DNA from: Candidatus Moranbacteria bacterium GW2011_GWC2_40_12
Lineage (GTDB): Bacteria > Patescibacteriota > Minisyncoccia > Moranbacterales > UBA11712
Reading direction: 5' to 3'
Length of the DNA: 64,000 nucleotides
NCBI GenBank assembly: GCA_000995965.1
Contig: LBYD01000002.1
Coordinates: 7,889-71,888 of the forward strand
Position numbers and translations under genes: made by a program. The notes under the pieces are model-generated. The model made no database searches. It saw only the letters and a program-made list of their open reading frames with translations, and was not told the origin of the DNA. Shown one piece after another: positions 26,839-36,667 of the stretch; the stretch's first letter is position 1, and every line of letters starts with the position of its first letter.

Positions 26839-28359
26839 TTATCTTGATAATAACTTAACTGATCCTTTCGATTCACTCGCATCAACCTCAATTTTGTCGC
26901 CGTCTTTCAAAACTTTTGTGGCTATTTTAGTTCCGACAATGCAGGGTGTTTTAAACTCTCGGGCTACAATCGCGGTGTGGGAAATAATTCCGCCTCCATC
27001 AGCGACAATAGCGGCCGCTTTTTTCAAAATAGAAGTGAGTTCAGTCGTCACTTCATTTGTTATCATAATATCACCTTCGCTGAATTTTTCTAAATCATGG
27101 TTGGAGGTCACTATCTTTGCCGTTCCAACCACCTTTCCCGTCATTGCAGTAAGACCGGAAAATTTCCGGACTCCTTTTGTTTCACTCTGCCTAAGAAGCT
27201 TTTCCTTCAGTTGCTTTGCTTTTTTTCCATGGTAGATGGATATTTTTCCATTGTCATATAGCATTGCGAATTCTTTCCGCCGTTCCCAAATGTTTTTCTT
27301 GTCACGAGCAGTTAATTTTCGCCGCTTTAACGCGGTGACAATCTCATCAGGAGTAAAATTATGAACATCGACCCAGCTCAAATCAAATCTCTTTTGAATC
27401 TCGCCAATGAAAGGACGAGTCAAATGGAGACCATAAATAAGATCAGCCTTGGAATAATCAAGCATCAGTGAAAATTCTCTCATGGCAGCCACCGCTTTCT
27501 CTAAAACATCGCTATTCGTGTGGGTTTTGAAAAATTCTTTCTGTTTCCGCATGGCTTCCTTCATTTTGTATCCCGGAAAATCGAACCTAGTCGGGAGATC
27601 AGGCTTTTTTTGCTTCGTGATCTCTCTCCAAATATCGTTCATGTAACTTTTTTTACTTTTTACCTCACCGACATATTCTTGATGAAACCAGCCATGGCTG
27701 TACTGCAATTTATCCAGAGTTTCTCTGATTTTCTTCCCCCGGCAAATTTTTTCAAAATTTTTTCTGGTGGTTTTCTTTCCTCTGAAAGCAGCGCCTATTT
27801 TTTTCCGGACTTCGAGTATTTCCTGCTCCTCTTTTTGCACTTCCGTCAAATTATGCGGAGTTAGAAGAAATGAGATAATTTCTATGATTTTGTGCGGGGT
27901 TTTTTCATCCGATCGCAAAACTTTTTTCAACTCTTTCTCAAAAAAATCATGCAGGTCGGATGAGTAAATCGATACCATCATTGGAAGAAACGTAAGCTGA
28001 TAAATTTTATAATATCTTAAATAATATTGAGCAAGTGTTCCGGAATCTTTCTTTGAAAAATCTTCATTCGCGAATTTTTTTATATCGATGATTGTTCTTT
28101 TGAAAGCATTATGAATCCGGTCAAAAAAAATTTTCGTGTATATTCCTTTTTTCAATTCGCTCCTCAATATTTTCAGCATCTTTTGCCTTGTCGGCTCGTG
28201 ATAACAATGCGCTCCCCGCAAATTTCGGGCATAGATAAACGTTTTGGAAATATTCCATTTTGTCCCTGGAATTTTATAGCGAAAAGAATCAAGCGTCCCG
28301 TATTGGTGCAGGAGCATAGAATTTCTTTCGCCAATCACAACATACGGCTTTTTTTTCAT
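26839..28359 (-). CDS. Protein with C-terminal PEP-utilising enzyme mobile (phospho-His) domain
   Basis: GKVVG.A, AAAIVADGGGIISHTAIVAREF..PCIVGT, LKDGD.IEVDA. Confidence 0.88.
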   Translation of the reverse strand: MKKKPYVVIGERNSMLLHQYGTLDSFRYKIPGTKWNISKTFIYARNLRGAHCYHEPTRQKMLKILRSELKKGIYTKIFFDRIHNAFKRTIIDIKKFANEDFSKKDSGTLAQYYLRYYKIYQLTFLPMMVSIYSSDLHDFFEKELKKVLRSDEKTPHKIIEIISFLLTPHNLTEVQKEEQEILEVRKKIGAAFRGKKTTRKNFEKICRGKKIRETLDKLQYSHGWFHQEYVGEVKSKKSYMNDIWREITKQKKPDLPTRFDFPGYKMKEAMRKQKEFFKTHTNSDVLEKAVAAMREFSLMLDYSKADLIYGLHLTRPFIGEIQKRFDLSWVDVHNFTPDEIVTALKRRKLTARDKKNIWERRKEFAMLYDNGKISIYHGKKAKQLKEKLLRQSETKGVRKFSGLTAMTGKVVGTAKIVTSNHDLEKFSEGDIMITNEVTTELTSILKKAAAIVADGGGIISHTAIVAREFKTPCIVGTKIATKVLKDGDKIEVDASESKGSVKLLSR

Positions 28360-28477
28360 ATCTCAAGACTACTGATTTTCACGGGAAAAATCAAATTGGC
28401 TCCGCGCTTGATTTCTTCCCGCCGGGCGTGCTAGGTTGGAAACAAGAAAAAAAATCATGGTCAAAAAAGGAGGAGCC

Positions 28478-29059
28478 ATGTATAACAAAAAGGTCTTTAG
28501 CCTGGGAGAGATTCGCGTTTTAAAACTGCTTCTTCTCCTAGACTCCATTTCCCGCAAATGGGAGGGAGTTTACGGGCAATTAGTTGCGCCTGCGGGCATC
28601 GTCGATTTAGGTGTTGCCGCTAAGGGAACAGAGATACTTTTTGAAAACACTCTGCTTCCCCCGATTTTCGGCAAAGTCAAAAACTGCGGAGACTTGGAGG
28701 GCCTGCTAATAAACGGCAAGTCGCCACAAAGCCTCAAGTTCTCTGGAGCATCGCAGCGGGGCAACAACCCTCTTTCTCTTGCCCTCGGAATCGCAACCAA
28801 GTATGTTGTTTTGGGATATCGCGGAAACTTGCGGTTTTACAGCAAAACCATGGGCAGCCTCGACGCCTTCAGAGAAAGTTGCTCTCTTATGATGAGCGAA
28901 TGGCGTTATCCGGAAAGCAGTCCGGCAGCAGAGAAAAAAATTGTCCCCGCCGCCGTGGTTCTGGAGTGGCAAGAAAATCACGGGGGGAACATCCACAGGC
29001 TGGAACCTATCATTGAAGCCTGTGAGAAGTTAACCCTTCAGGAGATCCAGCTGCAATAA
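28478..29059 (+). CDS. Hypothetical protein
   Basis: AAGGAGG SD before ATG 28478. Confidence 0.6.
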   Translation: MYNKKVFSLGEIRVLKLLLLLDSISRKWEGVYGQLVAPAGIVDLGVAAKGTEILFENTLLPPIFGKVKNCGDLEGLLINGKSPQSLKFSGASQRGNNPLSLALGIATKYVVLGYRGNLRFYSKTMGSLDAFRESCSLMMSEWRYPESSPAAEKKIVPAAVVLEWQENHGGNIHRLEPIIEACEKLTLQEIQLQ

Positions 29060-29082
29060 CTTCCGGCGGGAGGAGAAAGCAC

Positions 29083-29346
29083 ATGGAAAACCAAAGAGTT
29101 GGCCGCTTTAAGGGACTGCGGGCAATTCAGGAACTGCTGCGGTAAATGAAAATCCCGGTCGGGCAACGACCCAAAATCCGCATCGAAAGTAAGTATCTTA
29201 ACCAACAAAACTTCATCACCGAGAATGTTGTCGCCCGCAATCATGTTCTGAAGGACGCCGGCAGGCCTTCCGAGCACTCGATTTTCCATGTGACTGACCT
29301 ACTTAGGAGCAAAAGCGGGCAGCCTCTGCGAATTCGGTTTGTTTGA
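29083..29346 (+). pseudogene. SD-led ORF interrupted by in-frame TAA (29143-29145)
   Basis: GGAGGAG SD before ATG 29083; same frame resumes at ATG 29146. Confidence 0.4.
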
Positions 29347-29454
29347 CCACCCGAGCACGCCGACCCACAGGGGAAAAATCTTTTTCCCCTCGAGGCGATC
29401 GAGATACGGGAATCTTAGAGATGCTATTCTGCCTGCCTTTAGCCGCAAAAACTT

Positions 29455-29507
29455 AGAAGCCTTCCCGAGGGAAGGCTTCTTATTTTCCAAGACTTAGTCT
29501 TGGAAAA
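29455..29507. repeat. Terminator-like hairpin plus palindrome TTTTCCAAGACTTAGTCTTGGAAAA
   Basis: Two adjacent inverted repeats at the cyclophilin 3' end; related core at 41014-41032. Confidence 0.7.
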
Positions 29508-29508
29508 G

Positions 29509-30276
29509 CTATTTTTCCACAATCTCGACCGTTTCAATTTTCACCGGGCTAACCGGTTTAGATTTTTCCATAGAACTGTTCAAGGTAACTTCGGCGTTTG
29601 CGATTTTGTCGACGACATCCATGCCGCTTGAAATGTGCCCGAAGATGACGTAATTATTTGGAAGATCATAATCTTCATGCATTATGAAAAACTGGCTGCC
29701 ATTCGTGTTCGGTCCGGAGTTAGCCATCGCGACCGTGCCCCGGGTATATATCCCCTCCAGATTTTCATCTTCGAATTGGTATCCCGGCCCGCCCGTTCCG
29801 TCTCCGTTTGGATCGCCGCCCTGAATCATGAAACCTTCAATGACGCGGTGGAAAATTGTACCGTTGTAAAATCCGTCCCGGGAGAGAGAAATAAAATTGT
29901 TGGCTGTTTTAGGAGTTTTTTTCGCATCGAGTTCAATGGTGATTTCTCCTTCGCTTGTTTTGAGAACGGCGGAATAATTTTTTGATTCGTCAATTTGCAT
30001 AGATGAGGGTTGTTTAGGATTAAAATTATTTTTTTCCTGGGCTGTTTGAGGTTCTTGAGACTGCTGGCTGCTGCTATTTCCGCTGGGAACGCTGACGGAA
30101 AGCCTTTTCTCCGCGTCTGGATCTTCTGGCTGGCGGTCCTGATAGCCTTTTACGTTATATCCCTCCGCGCTCCGGAGAACAGCTTGCTGCTGGCTGTCCT
30201 TGTATAGGCATCCGGAAAGAAGAAAAGTGCTGCAAATCATTGTCCCTCCGAAAACAAATTTCAGGAATTGTTTCAT
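29509..30276 (-). CDS. Cyclophilin-type peptidyl-prolyl isomerase, lipoprotein
   Basis: Lipobox LSGC; FHRVIEGFMIQGGDP, AMANSGPNTNGSQFFI. Confidence 0.95.
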   Translation of the reverse strand: MKQFLKFVFGGTMICSTFLLSGCLYKDSQQQAVLRSAEGYNVKGYQDRQPEDPDAEKRLSVSVPSGNSSSQQSQEPQTAQEKNNFNPKQPSSMQIDESKNYSAVLKTSEGEITIELDAKKTPKTANNFISLSRDGFYNGTIFHRVIEGFMIQGGDPNGDGTGGPGYQFEDENLEGIYTRGTVAMANSGPNTNGSQFFIMHEDYDLPNNYVIFGHISSGMDVVDKIANAEVTLNSSMEKSKPVSPVKIETVEIVEK

Positions 30277-30297
30277 TCTTAGATTATGGGTTAATGA

Positions 30298-30422
30298 TTA
30301 TTTTGAGGCATCGATAATATTTTTTCCCAAACCCATGCCTTGAAATTCAACCTTTCCATTTCAGCATAAACCATTTTTCGCGCCTCTTCAAGGGTATTCG
30401 TCCGCAGTATCCCCCGCCCGCC
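30298..30422 (-). pseudogene. Possible remnant of the purD C-terminus
   Basis: Hand translation GGR....TNTLEEARKMVYAEME then, after a 1-nt shift, KVEFQGMGLGKNI; resembles the PurD tail GGRVL...DTLEEA...Y.....I.F.GM.YR.DI. Confidence 0.4.
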
Positions 30423-30635
30423 TAGCTGAATAATAAGGATTTTATTATGAAAATATTTTATTTATTTCAGCAATAAAATGACAGGATTTTCGCGCAACAC
30501 CGAAAACTAAAAGGAAATTTCTGTCAAATGCCGAAAACAGATCCGCCTTGCCGATTTTTTATTTTTTTTCTAAAATTGATAATAGAAAACCACCGGCTGA
30601 ACTAAGCCGGTATAATTTAAAAATTTGGAGGAACC

Positions 30636-30938
30636 ATGGCTGGGGAAATCGAAAATGAGGTTTATCCGTGCCTTAAGTGCATCAGCGACATTCTCGAGAA
30701 ACCCGAAAATCGCGGAATGTCACCCTCTCAGCTTAAAATCAGTGGAAACCGCGTGAGATTAAACGGTCATGCTTACACAGTGGGACAATTGATTCCATGC
30801 CGGGATGGTTTGGATAAAACTGCCATCCTGGGCTTTAATAACATCGACAAATGCGGGCATTTCTTGACACTAATAGAGATGCAAAGCCTGCTGGTTGATT
30901 TAAATCTTCCCTCATTGAATCTCAGGCATCCCGCCTAA
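30636..30938 (+). CDS. Hypothetical protein with Cys motifs
   Basis: GGAGG SD; CLKC ... C ... CGH. Confidence 0.55.
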   Translation: MAGEIENEVYPCLKCISDILEKPENRGMSPSQLKISGNRVRLNGHAYTVGQLIPCRDGLDKTAILGFNNIDKCGHFLTLIEMQSLLVDLNLPSLNLRHPA

Positions 30939-31037
30939 AATAATCCCAGAATAATCTTCCTCCAAAAAAAAGGCGGAATCCTAATTGTAGGTCCGCCTTT
31001 TCTCTTTGCATGAGTTTTTTCACTCCAACTTTCGCCT

Positions 31038-31523
31038 TTATTTCAAATTTTTATACACGAGTACGACTTCATCGCACAAATATCGGCCTCTGGAATCCAA
31101 TTTGTTTTTTCGGCAGCGCTTGCAATCCTGCCCGACTTTTTGGCTGAACATCTGTATTCCCGCGGGAAAAAATCCCGCCGGAGCAAAAATCTTGTCAGCT
31201 ATTTCTTTGGTTGAAAGAACGAATATTTTTTTCGCGGTCTTCGTTTCTTTGAGCTGGCCAAGAACTTTTTCAAGAAGATTTTTTGCCAGCCCTTTTTTTT
31301 GGTGCGGACTATCCACAATGAGAGATATGATCTCTCTATCATTATCCCAAATTTTGAAACCGCAACAGCCGATCACTTTAGCTTTTTTGTTTTCCGCGAC
31401 AAAAAAATTTCCCGCTAAACGGAAAATTTCTTCCGGACTGCGGGAAAGTGTCGTTGGGAACTTTTTGGTCAGTTTGCTTATGCCGGCGCTGTCCCCTTTC
31501 ACCGCCTTTCTTATCTTGATCAT
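31038..31523 (-). CDS. GNAT-family N-acetyltransferase (short ArgA-like)
   Basis: IRKA, FFVAE, IGCC, EIISLIV..HQKKG.A, DC..C...CDE. Confidence 0.82.
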   Translation of the reverse strand: MIKIRKAVKGDSAGISKLTKKFPTTLSRSPEEIFRLAGNFFVAENKKAKVIGCCGFKIWDNDREIISLIVDSPHQKKGLAKNLLEKVLGQLKETKTAKKIFVLSTKEIADKIFAPAGFFPAGIQMFSQKVGQDCKRCRKNKLDSRGRYLCDEVVLVYKNLK

Positions 31524-31644
31524 AAATTATCAGAAATAAATCCGAATAAATAAAAACTTGAATACCTGTATTTTAAAGATATAGCAGTCACGAACATTTT
31601 GCGGGCGGCACCCTTTTTTCTCCAGGAATTTTTTACATATCTTC

Positions 31645-32244
31645 TTAGCGCAGTTTGAGCATTCGCGAAAGCTGCTCGGGAGTATAGTAGCAGTGCGGAT
31701 TGGGCCATTCGTCCGGATCGGGACAGCATTCCATATCCATATGCGGCTTGTCGTTTTTTTTGCTTTCGTGCGGCTTGTCGTTTTTCTTTTCGCAAACCCT
31801 TTTTCCATCCACTCTCTTGGTAGAGGCTTGGGGCACCGGCGCGGCTCGAAGCCGCGCCGCCTCCGCGGCGCGCGCCCTTGAAATTTTTTTCGCCCTCGCT
31901 GTTCTGATCGCCAAGCTTTTCACTGAATCAGCCGCGCCTGACATTGTATTAGAAACTTTCATTTCTTCTGCGAAATAATTATTTTTTGAAACTTCAGCAT
32001 CTTCGCTTTTCTGACTTTCTGCCGCAAGAACTTTTTCAGCGATTATTCCATCAGACTTGCTGCCCGGCGCACTCTGCTTCGCGCCTAGCCTATAATCAAA
32101 CAAGATTTTCCCGCTAGAAAAAAAAGAGATTCCAAAAGCTGCGGCACAAAGCAAAACCAGCAGCATCGTTTCGGCGCTTTCCGGATCGAATTCAACTTTT
32201 TGGAACAAATCCAGCCTTATTTTTCCCAATTTTTTCAGTTGCAT
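31645..32244 (-). CDS. Membrane-anchored protein with Cys-rich C-terminal module (paralog B)
   Basis: TM; C-terminal HMDMECCPDPDEWPNPHCYY; KKNDKPH duplicated. Confidence 0.8.
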   Translation of the reverse strand: MQLKKLGKIRLDLFQKVEFDPESAETMLLVLLCAAAFGISFFSSGKILFDYRLGAKQSAPGSKSDGIIAEKVLAAESQKSEDAEVSKNNYFAEEMKVSNTMSGAADSVKSLAIRTARAKKISRARAAEAARLRAAPVPQASTKRVDGKRVCEKKNDKPHESKKNDKPHMDMECCPDPDEWPNPHCYYTPEQLSRMLKLR

Positions 32245-32388
32245 ATTTTCGGCGATTTTGGATAAATTATATCAAAAAAACAGTCACTTGTGCAAAACAT
32301 TCTCTTTTTAAAATATTTTCACTACAATAGAAAATTCGCTACAATATATAGCAGCGAATAAAAAATTGGAGAAATATCCTGTTGAATT

Positions 32389-34614
32389 TTATTTCCTATA
32401 AATCCGCAAACTGTTCGCCACGACTGAAACGGAACTCGCCGCCATAGCGAGGGCAGCAATGATGGGATTCAGAAACCCGGCCATCGCCAGCGGAATGGCA
32501 AGAATATTATAGCCGAAAGCCCAAAAAAGATTCTGCCGAATTGTTTTGAAAGTCAGCTTTGACAAATTTATCGCTTCAACCACCTTATTCAAATTATTTT
32601 GCACTAAAATAATCTGCCCGGCTTCTTTGGCAATGTCTTGGGCCGAACCCATCGCGATTCCGAGATCAGCTTGGACAAGACTTGGCGCGTCATTGATTCC
32701 ATCCCCCACAAAAACAACTTTTTCACCTTTTTCTTGAAGCCGCTTTATTTCAATCGCTTTTTCTGAAGGCAGGACTTCGGCCAAAATATTTTTGATTCCA
32801 AGTTCCTGCGCGATATATTTGGCCGTTTTTTGGTTGTCCCCTGTGATCATCGCAATTTTGAGCCCTAATCCAATCAATTTGTTGATCACTTCTTTGGCCT
32901 CGTTCCGCAATTCGTCAGAAACGACAATTGCCCCAATTATCTTTTCTCCATGGGCGACGAAAAGCGTTGTCCCGACAATATTCTCGTCTCCGGCCGTCAT
33001 TTTCTTCGTCCACTGTAAATCCAAATTATTTTCCTGGAGAAATTTTGTATTTCCCAAAAATAATTTTGTATTGTGTTCACGGCACTTACCTCTTATTCCC
33101 CGTCCCCTTTCTTCTTTAAAATCAATAACCTCGGCGAGTTCAATCTTTTTTTCCTTTGTATATTCATTAATCGCTCTTGAAAGAGGATGCTCCGAGTTTT
33201 TTGCAAGACTCGCGGCAATTTTCAGGATTTTTTCTTCTGAAAAATCATGCGCAGGATTGGCAACAATTTTTTCAACCTCCGGCTTTCCCTTTGTCAGGGT
33301 GCCTGTTTTGTCAAAAACAACCGTTGAAATATCTTTCACCCGCTCAAAACTTTCCCCGTTTTTGAAAAGAATTCCGCTCCGCGCGCCACGTCCCGTCCCA
33401 ACCATGATCGCCGCCGGCGTCGCAAGCCCCAGCGCGCAGGGACAGGCAATCACAAGCACTGCCACAGCATTGATAATCGCCTCGGTAGAATCACCAACGG
33501 CGAGGAGCCAGGCTATAAACGTCAATACTGCCAGAATTATGACAACAGGCACGAAAAAACCCGATATCTTGTCCGCTAATTTCTGAATGGGCGCTTTTGA
33601 GCCTTGGGCCTCCTCGACGGTTTTTATAATTTGCGCGAGAACCGTGTTTTCTCCAATTTGCGTGACTTTTATTTTGAGAATGCCGTCCTGATTGAGCGTT
33701 GCCCCAAAGACCGAGGAATATTTTTTCTTCTCAATCGGTAGCGCTTCTCCCGTCAGCATTGATTCATCAACTTCCGATTCCCCCTCAACAACAACACCGT
33801 CCAAAGGAATCTTTTCTCCGGGGCGGACCGCGATCGTGTCACCGACTTTTATCTCAAAAATATTAACTTCTTTTTCTTTGCCATCGAATAAAAGCCGCGC
33901 TTTTTTCACTCCCAGCTCCAAAAGTTTTCGCATCGCTTCTCCCGCTTGTCCGGTACTCTTCGCCTCGAAATATTTTCCAAGCAAAATGAAGGTGATTATG
34001 AGTGCGGCCGACTCAAGATAACCTTCTCTCCCGTTGAAAATGGCCCATAAACTGAAAAAATAGGCTGCGAGGGTTCCGAGCGATATCAGGGTATCCATAT
34101 TGGCCTGAAATTTTTTTACCTGTAAAAACGCCATCCGATGAAATCTCCGGCCAAACCAAAAAACAACAATCGTCGCCAGAACGAGATGCGACCACATCAC
34201 AAGATCAACGCCAAGCATATTTTTTCCAGCCCGGATTTGGTAAGCCATTTCCAAAACAAGCGGCATACTAAAAATGGCCGACCAAAGAAATGCCTGCCAA
34301 TTTTTTTTGATGTCCTCTCCGCCATGCTCATGACCAGCGTCTTCCCTGTCCATCATATGTTCATGCTCCATATTATGAGCTCCGTGTTTCAAAACATCTG
34401 GCTCATCCACCTTGTATCCATTCGCTATTATCACCTGTTTCACTGCTTCCTCGCTCAAAATATCCGGGTCGTATTCGACGTAGGCTTTTTTCACCGCGAA
34501 GTTCACCGACGCGTCCAAAATGCCTTTTGTTTTCAAAAGTTCTTTTTCGTTGTTTATGGCGCAAGAAACGCAGGACATGCCCGATATTCCAATTGTTATT
34601 TTTTTAGTATTCAT
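32389..34614 (-). CDS. copA: Copper-translocating P1B-type ATPase
   Basis: GMSCVSC HMA domain, [28 protein letters not shown] and MAASS motifs. Confidence 0.95.
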   Translation of the reverse strand: MNTKKITIGISGMSCVSCAINNEKELLKTKGILDASVNFAVKKAYVEYDPDILSEEAVKQVIIANGYKVDEPDVLKHGAHNMEHEHMMDREDAGHEHGGEDIKKNWQAFLWSAIFSMPLVLEMAYQIRAGKNMLGVDLVMWSHLVLATIVVFWFGRRFHRMAFLQVKKFQANMDTLISLGTLAAYFFSLWAIFNGREGYLESAALIITFILLGKYFEAKSTGQAGEAMRKLLELGVKKARLLFDGKEKEVNIFEIKVGDTIAVRPGEKIPLDGVVVEGESEVDESMLTGEALPIEKKKYSSVFGATLNQDGILKIKVTQIGENTVLAQIIKTVEEAQGSKAPIQKLADKISGFFVPVVIILAVLTFIAWLLAVGDSTEAIINAVAVLVIACPCALGLATPAAIMVGTGRGARSGILFKNGESFERVKDISTVVFDKTGTLTKGKPEVEKIVANPAHDFSEEKILKIAASLAKNSEHPLSRAINEYTKEKKIELAEVIDFKEERGRGIRGKCREHNTKLFLGNTKFLQENNLDLQWTKKMTAGDENIVGTTLFVAHGEKIIGAIVVSDELRNEAKEVINKLIGLGLKIAMITGDNQKTAKYIAQELGIKNILAEVLPSEKAIEIKRLQEKGEKVVFVGDGINDAPSLVQADLGIAMGSAQDIAKEAGQIILVQNNLNKVVEAINLSKLTFKTIRQNLFWAFGYNILAIPLAMAGFLNPIIAALAMAASSVSVVANSLRIYRK

Positions 34615-34678
34615 AAGAATATGATTTGACTATGATATTTATAATACATTACTATTATTATAAGGAGGACAACAAGGG

Positions 34679-34849
34679 ATGGTTAAAGAAAAAACCACAA
34701 AGATCGAGCCAGGAAGAGATCCTTTTTCCAGCTATAATTTATACTTGGTAGAGCTGGAAATTATTGAATTGTTCCAGCCCCTGGCATTGGACTTAAATTT
34801 CCTATTTGCGCATCCTGCCAAGGCCAGAACGGACTCTCTTTCTGACTAA
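34679..34849 (+). CDS. Possible 56-aa small protein
   Basis: AAGGAGG SD 10 nt before ATG 34679; absent from the ORF track. Confidence 0.3.
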   Translation: MVKEKTTKIEPGRDPFSSYNLYLVELEIIELFQPLALDLNFLFAHPAKARTDSLSD

Positions 34850-34917
34850 TGGCCGGACAACTTATCTTTTTTCCATCCTTAGCCCCGCTCATTGAGCGGG
34901 TCATTTTCTAGAAAAAA

Positions 34918-36054
34918 CTATTCGACTATAAATTTCCCCCTCACCATTCCCATTCCGCAGCTGAAAGGTATTTCACGAGTGTCGGTTGGCATGAAACTGA
35001 TTATATTCTCGCCGGAATTGATATTTTTCGCAATGTCGAGGCTGGGAATGATAATCTTATTCGTGCAGCCGCTTACTTGATCGCCCATTACAACCCAACT
35101 TACTGGAACATTTCCTTTGATTTTCAAAGCGCTTGGCTCAAAGCCGCGGTTGGTCACAGACATCCGGACAATTTGCTCATTTTGGATGAAAATCCTGTTT
35201 GAATTTTTCTTTGCCACGCTTTGCTCCCCATTCGTGGTGCCGCTGATTACATTCGTCCTCACACCCTTGAGCGCAAGGCCGGAGTTGAACATGAAAATCG
35301 CAAAAAGAATGACCAATATTCCTGCCGCTTTGTTCACAAAACTTATTTTTTTGGAGTTCGCCCATGATGCCGTTGCGCCAAGCATGAGAAGCACGGGCAT
35401 CGTCCCTATTGAAAAAATGGAAAGAATAAAAGCCCCGGTCCAAAAACTTCCCGAAGCGAGAGCAAAAATCTGCATGCTTTGCGTGAAACCGCAGGGAAGA
35501 AAAAAAGTGATCCCGCCGAGAAGATAGGGAGCGGCTTTATGCTCCGTGTCTTCGAGTCTGCCCCACCAGCGAAGCAAAAATTTCGGAGTTTTGATACCGA
35601 GCAAGGAAATCGAGGGTGCAATTCCCAAAATATTGAGCCCCAACCATCCCATTACGACTGCAATCAATATTGTGTAGATTGAAACAAAATTGCCGCTCAA
35701 ATTTATTTTTCCGCCGATAGCGCCCAAGAGTCCGCCCAAAGCAAAAAATGTCAAAACTCTGCCAACGTGAAATTTTATATTTGGCAAGAATGCTCCCTTG
35801 AAAAAATTGTCTCCTGATCCCGCTTTATACTTTTCCGAAAAAGCAATAACCATTCCTCCTACCACTGCCAGACACGAAGAAAGCGAGGCGGCCACGCCGA
35901 TCAAAAAAGAAACCCCCAAAGTCAATTTTTGGTCTTGGGCGCCAATGCCGCTGACAAGGCCAGCCGACTGAACCGTGCGGAACAAAAAAACTGAAATCGC
36001 TACGACAATGCCGGCTTTTATCCAGTCTTCCGGTTTTGAATTCGATTTTTCCAT
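34918..36054 (-). CDS. DsbD_2/TauE-like membrane protein with C-terminal cupredoxin domain
   Basis: SSCLAVVGG, FHVGR, FFLPCGFTQ; GFEP..L...SGCT...FSCGMGM. Confidence 0.85.
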   Translation of the reverse strand: MEKSNSKPEDWIKAGIVVAISVFLFRTVQSAGLVSGIGAQDQKLTLGVSFLIGVAASLSSCLAVVGGMVIAFSEKYKAGSGDNFFKGAFLPNIKFHVGRVLTFFALGGLLGAIGGKINLSGNFVSIYTILIAVVMGWLGLNILGIAPSISLLGIKTPKFLLRWWGRLEDTEHKAAPYLLGGITFFLPCGFTQSMQIFALASGSFWTGAFILSIFSIGTMPVLLMLGATASWANSKKISFVNKAAGILVILFAIFMFNSGLALKGVRTNVISGTTNGEQSVAKKNSNRIFIQNEQIVRMSVTNRGFEPSALKIKGNVPVSWVVMGDQVSGCTNKIIIPSLDIAKNINSGENIISFMPTDTREIPFSCGMGMVRGKFIVE

Positions 36055-36152
36055 AATGTTAACCAATGCGTATTCATACGCTTTCCTCATCTATATTAAT
36101 TCTGGTATAATAAAAAAGGTAAAAAACAAAAAGGGGCGAAGGGAGGTGACTT

Positions 36153-36575
36153 ATGGATCCAACATACAATTACCCATATTCAGGCGACGTGCCGGCAGCG
36201 GCGGCTGGTGGAGCTGCCCTTTTTGCGGGCGGAATGTTTTTGTTCATACTGTTCTTTGTTCTTGTTATTTATGTCCTGATGGCGATTTCCCTTATGAAAA
36301 TTGCCAACCGGACCAACACTCCCAACGCCTGGTTCGCCTGGATTCCGATCCTGAACCTCGTTTTGATGCTTCAGATCGCGGGGCGCCCGATGTGGTGGCT
36401 GGTTTTTTTCCTCGTCCCCATTATCAATATTGCCGGAATTGTTCTGCAGTTCGTGATCTGGGTGGATATTGCCAAAAAACTCGGAAAAACGGCAATTTGG
36501 GGAGTTCTCGCCGTTCTTATCCCGATTATTTTTATGCCTTATCTTGCTTTTTCCAAAAGCGACGGTGCGGTATGA
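36153..36575 (+). CDS. DUF5684-like membrane protein
   Basis: AWFAWIPILN, GRPMWW..LVPIINI, AKKLGK, YLAF motifs; GGAGGTG SD. Confidence 0.78.
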   Translation: MDPTYNYPYSGDVPAAAAGGAALFAGGMFLFILFFVLVIYVLMAISLMKIANRTNTPNAWFAWIPILNLVLMLQIAGRPMWWLVFFLVPIINIAGIVLQFVIWVDIAKKLGKTAIWGVLAVLIPIIFMPYLAFSKSDGAV

Positions 36576-36667
36576 CAGAAAAATAAAGTACCATAATAGC
36601 GTATTTAATATAGTCCCGACACAACGTCGGGGCTATATTTTTTGTCTATTACTGCTATAATAGCGTC

